Assembly (NCBI GenBank): GCA_965262955.1
Contig: CBDHGE010000001.1
Location: 208,046 to 272,045, forward strand
Length of the DNA stretch: 64,000 bases
Direction: 5' to 3'
DNA from: Candidatus Poribacteria bacterium
Lineage (GTDB): Bacteria > Poribacteria > WGA-4E > WGA-3G
Positions 16,981 through 26,736 of this stretch are shown in pieces. The position numbers were made by a program, and so were the translations under genes. Position 1 is the first letter of the stretch; every line of letters starts with the position of its first letter. The notes beneath the pieces were generated by a model. It searched no databases and was not told the DNA's origin. It saw nothing but the letters and a program-made list of their open reading frames with translations.

Positions 16981-18923
16981 TTTTTGTCAATTCCTATAAT
17001 TTTTTCCTGTATTACTTCAACCAAGGCATCTACGTTGGTGTGCCTGAAGAATTCTGCCAATCGTTGCTGTTTGGGAGCTTTCGGCAATAAAATGAATCCC
17101 GGAAAACGCTTCTCTGTAAGGGCAAAGACCGCTCTGTACGCCCTGCTCGTCGCGTATCCGATTGTAAATTTATAGTCATCTCGATACTTTTTGAGGTAGT
17201 CAATTAACCGAGTTGTACACCGCTCAATTTGTGCTTTGTTTTTATGCGAGAGCTGAAAATCGTAACGGATGACAGCATCCCATGTTTCAAATTCTTCGGG
17301 TACCGGACCGTAAAGTCCAGAAAGGGTTATCTTATGGATATAGTCCTGCTTTTCAGCAAGGACAGCCTGCAATCTATTTGTAATCATCGTATGCGTGCGC
17401 GACACGGAATACGGTTTTTTGCCAGCACAAGGAATCGCAAGCAGAATCTCTTTAGCATCTGGTGGTCGATAATCGTCAGGTACTCGGAAATCATCAGGCG
17501 TATAAGCGAGTGAGACGGTTCGAGGTGTTTGATCTTTCCCATCGTTGTTAGCGTCCCTGCGGGTGGAAGGAAAGAGTTCTAATTGATTCGGATTTAGCTG
17601 CGTACGCTTTGTAGACGATGGCGTAGGTTTCTGAATTAATGTACGGGTTAATCGGGTTGCAAGCACATCATCGTTTTCAGCAAGCCATGCCGATGCGCGC
17701 TTCAAGCCACGGAATCGTTGATACTTAGTGAGATACCGAATTAAGCACTCAAGCGCATCGTCTGCTGCGATTGCGGTGTGCATTTCGGTGAGAATGTCGG
17801 CTTCCATCTGGAAGTTGTGAAGTCCAATAGCGGCGTAGTATTCGCTTTTAAACTTGCCCGTGGAGGTGGCTCTGTAACTTTGCTTATCCATGAACGCCTG
17901 CTGTATTTCTTGAAGCGGATAGGCTTCACAGATGTAGCAAGTGCAGTCGGTTTCATCCATCTCCATGATTCTACGTTTCCCTTGGGTGTCTGGATCTGAG
18001 TATACAAGACTCCGAGACGTTTGAATATAGGCAGAACTGTCGAAAGTGTCAACACCGATATAGGCGAGAAGGGGGGTCAGCGCACCAGAAACACCGAAAG
18101 CGTGAACGGGAGTCGTATCTCGCCGAGACTCTGGAATCGCTTGGACAACGGCGTTAAGCATCTCCATAACTTCCGAGTCGTTCTTACCGCGGAAAGGTAC
18201 GAGCGATCCAACAGCAAGCCCAAAAGAGGGTAGCATGTCCCCTATCTGTGTAAATACGTTGTTCACATAATCTGTGATATCCTCCCCAGATTGTCCATGA
18301 CAAGAGGTGTAGAGATAAGGAACGGTCTGCATATCAGCAGAACTTGCCGTTAGACGCTCTGCGACTCGGACAGCATTTGCGAGGCTCTGTTCCATTCGCT
18401 CTTCAGCCTCTGATCGCGCTAAATTGGGTGGAAGTGGGTAATCGAAAGAGGCAACAATATCACCCTCAAAACCTAATTGCAGATTGAGGATGTCCTCCGC
18501 CTCCGTTTCCTTGTGAATCCCGAATTCTTCGAGATCCAAGCCTGTCTTGTAGAGAAGTTTGAAACCGCCGGAATCTAAAAAGAATGCGCCTTCATACTCG
18601 CCATTCTGCTCACGATAGTGTTCCCGCATTGATTTTCCATACCAATTTGCCAGATAGCGTCCAGTGAGTGGATAATCGAGAAAGTGCAAGATCTGAGATA
18701 ACATCGGTCTTTGCTGCTGCATCAGAATGTGCAGAATGTATTTCCAGACCCCACCGCCGCGCGTACTGGTGCCTGTCAGAAAGTTAACAACGGGATATAA
18801 ATATGGTGTTGTGAGTTTTCTACCGTTGGAACTGAGCCTAAGTTCACCGATCCGACCATGCGGGGTTGAGATGCGGGTTTCAAAGGTAGGAGTGGAGGTT
18901 CCGGTTTGGAGGTGTTCTTGCAT
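16974..18923 (-). CDS. tRNA-guanine transglycosylase superfamily protein (DpdA/ArcS-like) with a C-terminal extension of about 230 aa, possibly DUF5591-like.
   Basis: TGT hallmarks are TPHGRIG..TPYLYPVVN, the catalytic Asp contexts FLDSGGFK and GVDTFDSS, and the zinc site CTCYIC...LHNF. The ~230-residue C-terminal domain is not part of canonical bacterial Tgt. Confidence 0.7.
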   Translation of the reverse strand: MQEHLQTGTSTPTFETRISTPHGRIGELRLSSNGRKLTTPYLYPVVNFLTGTSTRGGGVWKYILHILMQQQRPMLSQILHFLDYPLTGRYLANWYGKSMREHYREQNGEYEGAFFLDSGGFKLLYKTGLDLEEFGIHKETEAEDILNLQLGFEGDIVASFDYPLPPNLARSEAEERMEQSLANAVRVAERLTASSADMQTVPYLYTSCHGQSGEDITDYVNNVFTQIGDMLPSFGLAVGSLVPFRGKNDSEVMEMLNAVVQAIPESRRDTTPVHAFGVSGALTPLLAYIGVDTFDSSAYIQTSRSLVYSDPDTQGKRRIMEMDETDCTCYICEAYPLQEIQQAFMDKQSYRATSTGKFKSEYYAAIGLHNFQMEADILTEMHTAIAADDALECLIRYLTKYQRFRGLKRASAWLAENDDVLATRLTRTLIQKPTPSSTKRTQLNPNQLELFPSTRRDANNDGKDQTPRTVSLAYTPDDFRVPDDYRPPDAKEILLAIPCAGKKPYSVSRTHTMITNRLQAVLAEKQDYIHKITLSGLYGPVPEEFETWDAVIRYDFQLSHKNKAQIERCTTRLIDYLKKYRDDYKFTIGYATSRAYRAVFALTEKRFPGFILLPKAPKQQRLAEFFRHTNVDALVEVIQEKIIGIDKKC

Positions 18924-19013
18924 ACTTCCGAAAATTTGAAGGGCTCTCTATAAAGGTAGCGCGAGACACTGCTGCCTCGCGCTATAGGTTCTTGGAGTGT
19001 TGAAAGTTAGAAT

Positions 19014-19736
19014 CTATTTCACGGATTTGAGATGTGCCCAAGTCGTAGCGATTTTACCTTTCGGGTCAACCGGCAACGAGGGTCCATCAGGTCCGTAAAC
19101 AACGACATCGTTATATTTGGCGACTGTTCTCCACGTTGCGAGACCGACTCGTCCGACCCCATTTTCGGTGTCATCGTCTACCTTTGCGACCTCTTCATCG
19201 TTGAGGATCACCGTGTAACTATCAGGCGTGTTGACGATCTTGATGTTATACCAATCTTTTTCGTCAATGATATCCTTGCTATGTGCGCCGGCTTTGCCAC
19301 CCCAAGATTCAACCTGCGAGCGTGTATTTCCCCAACCCCCAAGGTTCCACCAGTACTCCAGTGAGGGTTTGAGTTTTTCCATACGTGGCGGATGGTCTTC
19401 CAGTGCCTGTCCGCGGGGTTGCATCAAGCCTTGGCAGCGGAACATAATCAGGAACCCTTCGGCACCACTGACTTTGCTGCCTTTCACTTCATAGGTGTAC
19501 TCGTTCCAACTGTCATCCCAAAACTCATCAGCAACAACGCTCATGCAGTTAGAAGCATTTTGGAGTTGATGGTATTCATCATCTTTGAATTCCCATTCTC
19601 CGAAGAGTGGCACCCATTTCTCTTTAGATGCCTTCGCGTCATCAAAATTATCCTCAAAATAGGTTTGTGCCGTCGAGAGTGCAACGATGCCAAAGATCAT
19701 CGCACAGACAGCGATAAACAGTGAGCACTTATTCAT
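19014..19736 (-). CDS. Secreted protein with a probable DUF1080 jelly-roll (3-keto-disaccharide hydrolase-like) domain.
   Basis: A signal peptide is present. The size and W/G-rich beta-sandwich pattern fit. The call is by weak similarity only. Confidence 0.4.
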   Translation of the reverse strand: MNKCSLFIAVCAMIFGIVALSTAQTYFEDNFDDAKASKEKWVPLFGEWEFKDDEYHQLQNASNCMSVVADEFWDDSWNEYTYEVKGSKVSGAEGFLIMFRCQGLMQPRGQALEDHPPRMEKLKPSLEYWWNLGGWGNTRSQVESWGGKAGAHSKDIIDEKDWYNIKIVNTPDSYTVILNDEEVAKVDDDTENGVGRVGLATWRTVAKYNDVVVYGPDGPSLPVDPKGKIATTWAHLKSVK

Positions 19737-19823
19737 AACAAAATTCTCCTTTTACTTGTATCCAATGTAGCATAGCCTGTTAGGCTGTGCAAACCGTTAT
19801 ATCCAAATCTGTCGTTATTTCTC

Positions 19824-21476
19824 TTAATGGTTAAGCGAAAATTCGGCAGAATTTAATAAGACCCAGTAGAGGTCTTCGTAAGCAAGGTCTTTATCGGAAT
19901 AGAGACTTCGCTCTAAATAGCGTTGGAAATAGGTTTTCTCTTTAGAAGTTGGCAACCGAGACAGGACATTGAGGTAGATGTACTCCACTCGTTCAATCGG
20001 TTCACGCCATCTTCCGAGGACGTAATTTATAAAGCTGCCGCGATCCTCGTGGCTCGCGCTATCGTTCACTATATTCCCATTAATCATCATGAGTGCCTGA
20101 GGGATAGTTCCGTTGAAAGCTTCAATTTCTTCCATCTCACCGTTGTTAAGGAGAAAAAGAAACTTCTCAAGATGCTCACGTTTCATGTTCTCAAGCTCAC
20201 GCAGCATGTTCCTTCGGTCTTCGCCGCCTTCCCTTTTGATGCCTTCCATCTTGATTTGCTGGAGCCGTTCAAAGCCTGTGGCTTGCAGCATGGAATAGAA
20301 AAACTGCTCCGCACTGAGCGGTTTGACATACGCATGCGAATAATAGAGTTCATCATCTTTGTTCCTCTTCTTTGTTTCCGACGTGCGTTGGTATGCCTCA
20401 GAATTCAGGATGATCCGCATTAAGTGTTGCAGGTTATACCCGTGAATGACGAAATCGTTCGCGAGCCAGTCTAATAGGACAGGATTGGTGGGTAGGTTCT
20501 CCTCTCCGAAGCCATCAAGCGGTTCGACAAACCCCCGCCCCATAAAGTGTTTCCAGATCCGGTTCACAATCGCCCGGCTAAAATATGGATTCGATTTGTC
20601 AGTTACCCACTGTGCAAGCGCCTTGCGTTTCTCAATGGGAGTCCCTTTGTATTCAGTTCCATCAAGGAAGCGTGGGAAAACCTCTTCATCCATCCTCTCC
20701 ACCCAGATAGATTTTTCGGGTTCGTTGGTAATAAGAAAATTATCTATTCTTCTCTCATCACCGACCGAATTCATCGCCTGGATGTCTCCCTTTCTCTGAC
20801 TCTCAATCCCCGTAAAAAAGGCAGCGATACCGTAGAAATCCTTTTGGAGCCACGCCTCGGTCTTATGATCGTGGCACTCGGCACATTGCATAGGGAGACC
20901 TAAGAAGAGCCGTGAGGTCTGCGAGGTCAAGAGGACTGGTGAACGATCATAGCGGAGAACATAATTTCCAGCACCGTTGTTCCGTAACTCCCCATCAGCA
21001 GCGATGAGTTCTTGAACAAACTGATTGTAGGGTATATTTTTCTGCAATGCATCCTGCACCCAAGATGTTAATCCGATGCGTTGATCGTCATTATCACCGC
21101 GCCTGCCGATTAACCAGTTCACCCACAGTCTGGTCCAATAGTCAATGTACGCCTTGCTCTGGAGTAGGTCGTCAATCTTTTTCTGACGCTTCATTGAAGA
21201 ACCGTCATCAAGGAAATCACGTACCTCTTCAGGGGTCGGAATTTTTCCAGTCATATCAAGATGGATGCGACGTAGAAACTCGGCATCTTTTGACATTTTG
21301 GAAGGTTCAATCCCTTCTCTTTTGAGCACAGCGTTAATATGTCGGTCAAGGTGTTTTGTACTTGACGGAACCTGTCGAGACGCCGTCGGCGAGACTTTAG
21401 TGCAATTCAGCGTTAGGAAGGCAAAGATAAGCAGCGCAAGTATGGAAAAAATGGGGGTTCGAAAAAGAACTTTCAT
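19824..21476 (-). CDS. DUF1549/DUF1553 (PSD1-like) secreted protein.
   Basis: A signal peptide is present. The DUF1549 motif is QCAECHDHK. The DUF1553-like C-terminal region parallels 62847..64000. Confidence 0.7.
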   Translation of the reverse strand: MKVLFRTPIFSILALLIFAFLTLNCTKVSPTASRQVPSSTKHLDRHINAVLKREGIEPSKMSKDAEFLRRIHLDMTGKIPTPEEVRDFLDDGSSMKRQKKIDDLLQSKAYIDYWTRLWVNWLIGRRGDNDDQRIGLTSWVQDALQKNIPYNQFVQELIAADGELRNNGAGNYVLRYDRSPVLLTSQTSRLFLGLPMQCAECHDHKTEAWLQKDFYGIAAFFTGIESQRKGDIQAMNSVGDERRIDNFLITNEPEKSIWVERMDEEVFPRFLDGTEYKGTPIEKRKALAQWVTDKSNPYFSRAIVNRIWKHFMGRGFVEPLDGFGEENLPTNPVLLDWLANDFVIHGYNLQHLMRIILNSEAYQRTSETKKRNKDDELYYSHAYVKPLSAEQFFYSMLQATGFERLQQIKMEGIKREGGEDRRNMLRELENMKREHLEKFLFLLNNGEMEEIEAFNGTIPQALMMINGNIVNDSASHEDRGSFINYVLGRWREPIERVEYIYLNVLSRLPTSKEKTYFQRYLERSLYSDKDLAYEDLYWVLLNSAEFSLNH

Positions 21477-21599
21477 GATGAATCGTTTCTATAAACATAA
21501 CACTTTTAGCACTTACGAGAAAAACTGGGGACGACTTCCATGTACTTAAAAGTTTAACCCATTACTCGCAAAACATCAAGCGGAATCGACGAAAAAGTG

Positions 21600-22652
21600 T
21601 TAACTCCACCGAACACCTGTCGGAATGACGCCGACATCTTCACCGCGGCGCATAGCTTCAGCGGCATCAAGGATACTCGCTAAATCGTGCTGTGGTTCGT
21701 AGTCCAATAGTGTCTTGATTTTACTCAAATCAAATTCAAAATAGAGGGGTTGCGGGAGTTGGACATCAACAGAATCCATCTGGTAGCGTTCACATAGATA
21801 TGGGATTACCTCTTCATGTTTGAAAACCCCATTTCCACCGAGCGTGAATTCCTCGCCGACAGCAGTATCCTTTTCGATACCCAAAACCAACCCTTGCACA
21901 ATATCCCGTACATCGGTGAAATGCTCTTTATAGGGTCGTCCGTCAGGGTTGCGTTTCAGTATGAACTTCTCTTGTCCGTCCCAGAGGCGTTTGACGGTAT
22001 TGGCAGCCTCTAACTCGGCGGGGTCATCACCGGTATAATCCTTGTACCGATTGTAGATAGGACTAAAGACGAATTGCCTGGGCAAACCGTCTTCGTTGAG
22101 ATATTCACTCGGTTCAATGACGGTTGTGAACCTGAAGACTGTTGAAGGAACACCATACTGGTGGTGATAACTCATGCACAATTCCTCTCCAATCCATTTG
22201 GTAAGGAAATAGGGCATGTGATGGTATTTAGCAACCATGTCCTCAGTGATGCGTTCATTGAAAAGTCGTCCTTTTTGGGTGAGTTCCCAATAGATTGCTT
22301 CAGTACAGGCATAAACGAGGCGATGAATGTTCGGATTGAACTCACGGACACACTCTAAAATATTGAGCGTTCCCATACCGTTGATTGCTAAGTACTGACG
22401 GTTATCAAACGGACCACCAAAGGCAGCAGCAATATGATAGATGGCATCCACACCCTCAACGGCTTTTTTCACATCCTCATATTCCCGTAAATCGCCGAGG
22501 ACTGTTTCAACATCTTCGGTGTTATCCCATCTTCCGACACGATTGACATCACCGGGATAAACGAAGCTGCGGATACTGTGTCCTTTTTCCAACAATTTTT
22601 TGACGAGGTTGGATCCAATACGACCTGTGCCACCTGTGACTAAGATTTTCAC
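21600..22652 (-). CDS. NAD-dependent epimerase/dehydratase (extended SDR).
   Basis: The Rossmann motif is ILVTGGTGRIGSNLV. The likely true start is a GTG with AGGAGA 7 nt upstream at about 22652. The track ORF extends to 22775. Confidence 0.75.
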   Translation of the reverse strand: MKILVTGGTGRIGSNLVKKLLEKGHSIRSFVYPGDVNRVGRWDNTEDVETVLGDLREYEDVKKAVEGVDAIYHIAAAFGGPFDNRQYLAINGMGTLNILECVREFNPNIHRLVYACTEAIYWELTQKGRLFNERITEDMVAKYHHMPYFLTKWIGEELCMSYHHQYGVPSTVFRFTTVIEPSEYLNEDGLPRQFVFSPIYNRYKDYTGDDPAELEAANTVKRLWDGQEKFILKRNPDGRPYKEHFTDVRDIVQGLVLGIEKDTAVGEEFTLGGNGVFKHEEVIPYLCERYQMDSVDVQLPQPLYFEFDLSKIKTLLDYEPQHDLASILDAAEAMRRGEDVGVIPTGVRWS

Positions 22653-22782
22653 GACTTTTTCTCCTAAAAGGAAATAATGCATAAAAGAGTAATGCCCTTG
22701 CGGGAAGTGCATTACTCTTTTGAGGGTCATCTTTGCCGAAATGTAAGCGGTTCTGCGTCGCGCACAGTTTAGCAAAGAGGGA

Positions 22783-23637
22783 CTACTGTAAGGTTTTTAT
22801 TTCTCCCCATCTCACCGCTAATTTATCTCTCGGTTCTACATCAAATGCAGTACTTATGAGTTCTATATTATCTATCGCCCACCACCAATCATTTTGTGCG
22901 TCAATGACCCCGAAACTAATAGTCATCTCAGCGGCACCCGCGGGATTGTCGATCAGGATTTCTAACGTTTCGTTTATCTGTTCCCCATCGTTTATTTTTT
23001 CCTCTTTCAACTTAAGGGTAGGAATCGTAACAAGGGTATGCGCGCCAGCGTCAATACCGACGCTCTTGAAGAACAAGATTTGTTCTTCCGCGCCACCATC
23101 GAAACTGACGGTTATCTCTCCGTTTTGGGTATCTTCAGGACGCCAACTCGAATCCAATTTTAAGACAAGCGATTCTGCAGCTGCGCCTTTGATTTTAATG
23201 GGTGGTGTAATTAAGTGTCCATTCCAACGACTAATAGCGTCAGGATCTCCATTTAATTCCCAATCGTCCCACTCATCAGGATCAGAAACTGCCCCTTTAC
23301 CTATACCCTTGCCGTCATTATGTTTCCCAGTGAACTCACTACGACGCTGGTCTTCCGCTGTTGCTGTCCACCACTCAAAGTCAACAATCGCCCATGTTCG
23401 CCATTCGGGCATACCGAGATCATCGGGGTTTTCGTTTGTAATTTCCCAGCCCTCAGGTGGTGTACCTGACCAAACTTTTTTATCTTTAATTCGCTCCTTT
23501 ATGCTTGATTCGAGTTCCACTCCCTCAAAATCTTCTTCAAAAAGGACCGTATCAGCTCCCCAAATCGTTGGTACTACCAAACAAAAGGCTATCACAAGAA
23601 TCGTGTGTGTAACGATTCTTACAGCGTGGCGATCCAT
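22783..23637 (-). CDS. Secreted hypothetical protein of 284 aa.
   Basis: It has a signal peptide and no recognised motif. The plus-strand ORF 22733..23659 is its antisense shadow. Confidence 0.5.
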   Translation of the reverse strand: MDRHAVRIVTHTILVIAFCLVVPTIWGADTVLFEEDFEGVELESSIKERIKDKKVWSGTPPEGWEITNENPDDLGMPEWRTWAIVDFEWWTATAEDQRRSEFTGKHNDGKGIGKGAVSDPDEWDDWELNGDPDAISRWNGHLITPPIKIKGAAAESLVLKLDSSWRPEDTQNGEITVSFDGGAEEQILFFKSVGIDAGAHTLVTIPTLKLKEEKINDGEQINETLEILIDNPAGAAEMTISFGVIDAQNDWWWAIDNIELISTAFDVEPRDKLAVRWGEIKTLQ

Positions 23638-23776
23638 AATTATCCTCCGAGGATTTTAACCAAATCCAAATAATGCCATTATGGCAGCATATCTTGATAA
23701 CCCACCATAAATATTGTTAACACGCGTGCCTCTTCGTTACACAGTCCAAATTTTGCTAATATGAAGAACAATTCTC

Positions 23777-25414
23777 CTAAAAAGTAACGGCATATCCGTC
23801 TGTCCTCGGATCGGAACCACCGATGAGCGCTCCAGATTCAGGATGAACCATGATAGCCTGAGCACTCCCTGGACCACCCCAATCGCCAACATTCTGAAGT
23901 TCATGTCCTCTCTCCGCCAAGCCTTCTTTGGTATCCGAAGGGAACCTATTTTCTAACTGGAGGTCATTAGAACAGGTATGCGGAATGGTGGATTCCATCG
24001 GATTCTGAAGACTACGCCAACGCGGCGCAGAAACGGCTTCCTGTGGTGTCATTCCGAAATCGATCATATGGGTAACGAGTTGTAGATTCGTCTGGACCTG
24101 CGTATCTGCACCGGGTGTGCCACACGCTATAAACGGCTTCCCATCTTTTGTGACGATAACAGGATTCATTGTATGTCGAACGCGTTTGCCCGGCATCAGA
24201 CAATTGGGATGTCCCTCTTCTAAGTGCCAGTAGGTCATCCGATTGTTCAAGAGCACACCCGTGTCCCCAGCGACCAAACTGGAACCGAACCCCGATTGAA
24301 TGCTCTGTAGTATACAGACCAAGTTTCCTGCACGATCGGCAGTGCAGAAGCAGGTTGTATCCTCGTGCGACTCTGGACCTCCGGCGAGGACATCAATAGC
24401 TGCCTTATCTAAATTGATTTCTGCGGCTCGTTCGGCGGCATAGGATTTCGACAACATTCCATCCAAAGGAATATCAACCCAATTCGGATCCGCCATATAT
24501 TTTTCGCGATCAGCGAAAGCGAGCTTTTTCGCCTCAACCATTAGATGTACACTTTCAGGAGTATTACAGCCCAAATTTTGTAAATCAAAGAGTTCAACAA
24601 TGTTTAGTTCTTGAAGTAAGATATGACCGCTTGAATTGGGAGGCATCTCGTAAACCTCATACCCGCGGTAGTTTACATGTATCGGGTCAGCCCAATGCGC
24701 GTGGAAGTTGGCGAGATCCTCTGCTGTCAAGAGTCCATCGTGGGCACGGCTGAATTCGCCGATAGCCTTAGCGATCTCACCCTTGTAGAACACATCTCTT
24801 CCATGTTTTGCGATCTTTCGGAGAGTAGTACCGAGATTCGGATTGGAAATGAATTGACCTGCCGGAATAGGTTCACCGTCGTTTGTAAAGATGACACGAC
24901 TGTCAGGTTCGGCAGCGAAACGCGGGTTTTCACCTTTAAGACCACCAGCGAGTCTATGACTCACAGGAAATCCGTCTTCACAGAGCGAAATTGCCGGGGC
25001 AAAAACATCCTCTAATTTAAGTGAACCGTAGCGTTCATGTGCGAGAAGCCATGCGTCAACGATCCCTGGTACAGAAACGCTCCGTATACCTTTCATCGGG
25101 ATTCCACCGTCTTTGAGATAGGTTTCTCGGGTCGCGGCACTCGGAGCGGGTCCAGTTCCATTCACTGCCTCGACCTTCCCAGTTTCTGCCCAATAGATGA
25201 GAATAAATCCATCGCCACCAAGTCCGGAGCCAGCAGGTTCGACCATACCGAGTGCTACAGCAGTTGCGATAGCTGCATCAACAGCGTTGCCGCCTGCCAT
25301 CATTGTCTGAATACCTGCTTGCGACGCGAGTACATGTCCGGATGTAACCATACCATTTCTCCCCATCACCGAGGGACGAAATGCTGAAGCGGTAATGCCG
25401 TGTGGAGATTGCAT
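23777..25414 (-). CDS. ggt: Gamma-glutamyltranspeptidase.
   Basis: The N-terminus MVTSGHVLASQAG...GGNAVDAAIA matches the family. The Thr nucleophile region is DTTCFCTADRAGN. Confidence 0.9.
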   Translation of the reverse strand: MQSPHGITASAFRPSVMGRNGMVTSGHVLASQAGIQTMMAGGNAVDAAIATAVALGMVEPAGSGLGGDGFILIYWAETGKVEAVNGTGPAPSAATRETYLKDGGIPMKGIRSVSVPGIVDAWLLAHERYGSLKLEDVFAPAISLCEDGFPVSHRLAGGLKGENPRFAAEPDSRVIFTNDGEPIPAGQFISNPNLGTTLRKIAKHGRDVFYKGEIAKAIGEFSRAHDGLLTAEDLANFHAHWADPIHVNYRGYEVYEMPPNSSGHILLQELNIVELFDLQNLGCNTPESVHLMVEAKKLAFADREKYMADPNWVDIPLDGMLSKSYAAERAAEINLDKAAIDVLAGGPESHEDTTCFCTADRAGNLVCILQSIQSGFGSSLVAGDTGVLLNNRMTYWHLEEGHPNCLMPGKRVRHTMNPVIVTKDGKPFIACGTPGADTQVQTNLQLVTHMIDFGMTPQEAVSAPRWRSLQNPMESTIPHTCSNDLQLENRFPSDTKEGLAERGHELQNVGDWGGPGSAQAIMVHPESGALIGGSDPRTDGYAVTF

Positions 25415-25542
25415 GTAAAGCCTCCATATTCAATTTGTCGTATATTTGCGTTGCTACAAGTGCTTCGTTAGGTGCTTGCTATATAGGAAAACCGAGGAAG
25501 TGCGCCTTGTTTTGTTATAAAATTGGAAGGGACCGCTGCTGA

Positions 25543-26610
25543 TTAATCAAACATCTTCTTGGCGAACGCTTCGACATCAACCCGTTCGTGCGTTCGTGCA
25601 GATTCATTGCATGCCTCCATCAACACCCACGTACCGAGTGTTGTCTCCTGGATCCACTCACGATCTGTGCCTTTTGCAATTGCCTGCGCAAATGCATCAA
25701 ATTGGAGTCGGTCGTCTTCTATCAGACCTGCATGCAGATCTTGGAGGGTTAGATCCTCAAGAGTTTCACCGAGACGGAAAAGCTGCAAGTGTCCGGCATC
25801 TCGTCGGAGATCGCCATCTTCACCGTGAAATGTCCAACTGCCACTCCAACCGAAAGGGCCGCTATGTCCTGCACGAGTTCCTGCATAAGAGAACGGTGCA
25901 CCGTTTGCATATTCCATGAGTGCGTTACCGCCAGCGGTTCCCCAAGCCTCTATTTGTCCGAGTTCGGGATCACGACGGTTGTGGATATGTGCTGTGACGT
26001 ACTTTGGAAGCCCTTTCGCAGCAACAAGCTGATCGAGTTGGTGGCTCGTGCCTGCGTGAAAGAAAAGTCCGTCAACATAAGCATCGGGCTGTCGGGAATC
26101 GGGTCCGGTGTACAGATTTTGTCGAATCCAGAATCGACACTCACCCGCCAACATTTCACCAATACCACCATCTTCTCGGAGCCATTCTCGCATTTTTGCG
26201 GCGGCAGGATTCCAACGCTTGTTATGCCCTTGAACAAGCATCAAGCCGGGGTTTGCTTTATGTGCTTGGATAATATCGTGGAATTCCGTCTGTGTCGTTG
26301 CGATTGGTTTGACACAGAGGGTATGCATACCCAGATTCAGACTTTCGACAATTAACTTGGCGTGAACGGTTGTTGAGGCGTAGATAAGGCAGGCTTGTGC
26401 GTCGTGTTTCTCTTTCGCCTCGGTTATAGTGGTGTAGATACGGTCTTCCAAACCTTTAGGGGCACCGTCTATTGACAATACACCTTCGCGTGCGGCTTCA
26501 AGGTTGATATCTACACACGCGACGGGTTCCAGTCCGTGCGAATTGACTTGCGCTTGTAAACGTCCATGAGCGAAATGGGTGCATCCCACATGAATGGTAG
26601 GGATCGGCAT
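25543..26610 (-). CDS. Gfo/Idh/MocA family oxidoreductase.
   Basis: It has an N-terminal Rossmann fold and family-typical length and motifs. Confidence 0.7.
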   Translation of the reverse strand: MPIPTIHVGCTHFAHGRLQAQVNSHGLEPVACVDINLEAAREGVLSIDGAPKGLEDRIYTTITEAKEKHDAQACLIYASTTVHAKLIVESLNLGMHTLCVKPIATTQTEFHDIIQAHKANPGLMLVQGHNKRWNPAAAKMREWLREDGGIGEMLAGECRFWIRQNLYTGPDSRQPDAYVDGLFFHAGTSHQLDQLVAAKGLPKYVTAHIHNRRDPELGQIEAWGTAGGNALMEYANGAPFSYAGTRAGHSGPFGWSGSWTFHGEDGDLRRDAGHLQLFRLGETLEDLTLQDLHAGLIEDDRLQFDAFAQAIAKGTDREWIQETTLGTWVLMEACNESARTHERVDVEAFAKKMFD

Positions 26611-26736
26611 TCATGACTCTCCTTTAGTATCCCAAACTATTATTATTACAATTTTCTGCTCAAGTAGCAGACAGAAATTGAGGCAGAACTCGTAGTTTGT
26701 ATATAAATTTCGGTTAATTGGGTAGCAAATTCGTAG

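Noticed and set aside
22733-23659. 308-aa plus-strand ORF
   Set aside because: It is fully antisense to the minus-strand secreted-protein gene 22783..23637. Its composition is low-complexity and Ser-rich, so it is a shadow ORF.
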